Shown here: positions 62,361 through 64,000 of the stretch, one piece after another
Layout: every line of letters begins with the position of its first letter
Numbering within the stretch: the first letter of the stretch is position 1
NCBI GenBank assembly: GCA_002269645.1
Contig: NIVC01001778.1
Span: forward strand, 124,001 to 188,000
Reading direction: 5' to 3'
From: Macrostomum lignano
Taxonomy: Eukaryota
DNA: 64,000 nt
The notes under the pieces: model-generated
What the model saw: the letters and a program-made list of their open reading frames with translations, nothing else
Database searches by the model: none
Told to the model about the DNA's origin: nothing
Translations under genes and position numbers: made by a program

Positions 62361-62401
62361 CTTCACAACGAAAGCCGGCGACCGCATCCGGTCAGGCCCA
62401 C

Positions 62402-62768
62402 GGACTCGAAGTAGCAGCCGAACCAGTCTTTGTCCAGCGCGTCCTGACAGCAGGCCAGCGACAGGAAGTTGCCGCACTTGGCCGCCGCTGCCAACGACAC
62501 GACGCTGTGATTGCCGAACGGGGTGAGCTTGAGTCTGATGAAGTCGCAGGTGACCGTCTTTCTCTGCGAACGATCGTTGATGAACACCTCTTGCAGGGCA
62601 GCTTTCAACAGTTGCTCCATGGAGTCGGCGCGCTCTTCCAGGCCTTCGCGCACGCCTGTGGTGATGACTGACAGCCGGCAGAGGCTGCGGAGCACCTTCA
62701 CTGCGTACAGGCCCAGCGGGATGATGTCAAACTGGCGCATGCACAGGTTGAGAAAGCTGCGCTGGTAT
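62402..62768 (-). CDS. TRPM: TRPM channel exon (MHR4-like region)
   Basis: Acceptor CCAACCAG, AA|A phase match; FDIIPLGLYAVKVLRSL...LKLTPFGNHSVVSLAAAAKCGNFLSLACCQDALDKDWFG resembles the TRPM L..W...T.L.LA..A....F.....Q..L...W.G pattern. Confidence 0.8.
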
Positions 62769-62949
62769 CTGGTTGGTGCAGTTTTTTCACATAAAATTGC
62801 AGCTTAATCTACTTGCAGTAGCGTAGTGCACGTTTCTAATAAAAAAGTTGAAATTTAATTCGCTTTTAAAGTGATCAAAGATTTGCCATTTAAAATTTCT
62901 ACAGAAAATCGACTTAAATTTCTCATAGACTTTCTTGATTGTTCATTAC

Positions 62950-63070
62950 ATTAGCTAAGCTAAATTGGTCATAGATTAGCTAGCTAAATTGGTCATAGAT
63001 TAGCTAGCTAAATCGGTCATAGATTAGCTAGCTAAATTGGTCATAGATTAGCTAGCAAAATTGGTCATAA
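62950..63070. repeat. 24-bp intronic minisatellite, about 5 copies
   Basis: Unit TTAGCTAGCTAAATTGGTCATAGA. Confidence 0.85.
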
Positions 63071-63366
63071 CGTTTTTTTATAGTCAGTAATTCAGGTTGT
63101 GCTAGCCAGTAATTAAATTATGTCCAATTTACAGAGATTTCGTTAACCAAGTCTAGCTCAGAGAGGGTTAATTACTTCTTAGTGCATTGCAACCGTAGCT
63201 AGTAGGGTAGCTAGTAGGGTAGCTATTAGGGTAGCTGATAGGGTAGCTGTTTGGGTAGCTGTCAATCATTTTCTTGAGCATTCGTTGACTCTAATTCGCT
63301 CCCGACTTCAATCGGGCACCAAGCACTAGCCGCAGGCAAGGGAACACGGGATATTTCGCCACTCAC

Positions 63367-64000
63367 TTCCCAGTGATGACTGTCCAGACAATGTAGGTGC
63401 GAATAGGATTGAGGAAGATGCGGAACTGATTAATCTGGCACAGCCGTGCATCCGGTTCGGCCGTCTCGATGCCGGTGAGGTGAGCCAGAAAGTACTGCAG
63501 ACTGCGCCAGAACGCGTCCTCGTTGCTGAAGTCCAACTGTTCTCGAACATAGGTCCACACGCCTTGGCCATTCTCCTCGCACTCCTTGTACAGGGTGAAC
63601 AAGTAGTTCCGCTCGATTCGCTGGGTAATGTCTACAGGCGTCACGTCACCCATGACGTGCATGAGCACCTGCATGAGGTCGAAGTTCTCTTCGATGTAGG
63701 CTTTCTTGGTGAATAGCTCCATGAATCTCTGTCCAGACTCGCCCTCCATCAGCTTTCGGCTCAGACAGAACTCCGGCATCTGACGCATCAGTTCAAGGAA
63801 TTTCTTCAAGTTCTGCTCATTGATGCACTCCTCCAGGGCTTTGATGCTGAAGGCCTGACGAACCGTTTCGCTGGCGTGGTGACTCTGAATGAGACCGAGG
63901 CGTCTCAGCTCCTGTACGATCAGCAGGAAGCTGCGACCGGTGCTGTCAATCATTTTCAGCATCTCGAAGACGTCCCGGACCAGAGATAGTTGAGCTTTGG
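63367..64000 (-). CDS. TRPM: TRPM channel exon (N-terminal cytoplasmic region; continues beyond the window)
   Basis: Frame open to the window edge; ends NPIRTYIVWTVITG-AA|GTGAGT, matching the TRPM 'P...LFLWAVL' position and the phase of the next exon. Confidence 0.75.

Overview
Eukaryotic, intron-containing and extremely minisatellite-rich genomic DNA from an invertebrate. Short introns, polyQ/polyA proteins and a different tandem array in almost every gap suggest a flatworm such as Macrostomum, but this is inference only. Host genes: the 3' end of RBM42 (2-349, +); an orphan spliced gene for a single-pass membrane, mostly disordered protein (exons about 9619-16972, +); a 3-exon FoxQ2-type forkhead gene (36189-42867, +); and the 3' part of a divergent TRPM channel gene (58980 to beyond 64000, -). 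The centrepiece is an intact, very young Ty3/Gypsy LTR retrotransposon (24722-33368, -). It has near-identical 701/702-bp LTRs, an ATAT target-site duplication, a tRNA-His primer-binding site, a polypurine tract, and gag and pol joined by a G_GGA_AAC -1 frameshift with an H-type pseudoknot. In the env position it carries a non-env third ORF: a DnaJ-type J-like domain lacking HPD (split by a +1 frame break) fused to a TatD-like nuclease fold that has lost almost all metal ligands. This double pseudo-enzyme cargo is the most unusual thing in the window. Also present are a tRNA-derived SINE, two CAGTGG-terminated MITE-like elements and about 40 tandem-repeat arrays, which generate most of the ORF track as artefacts.
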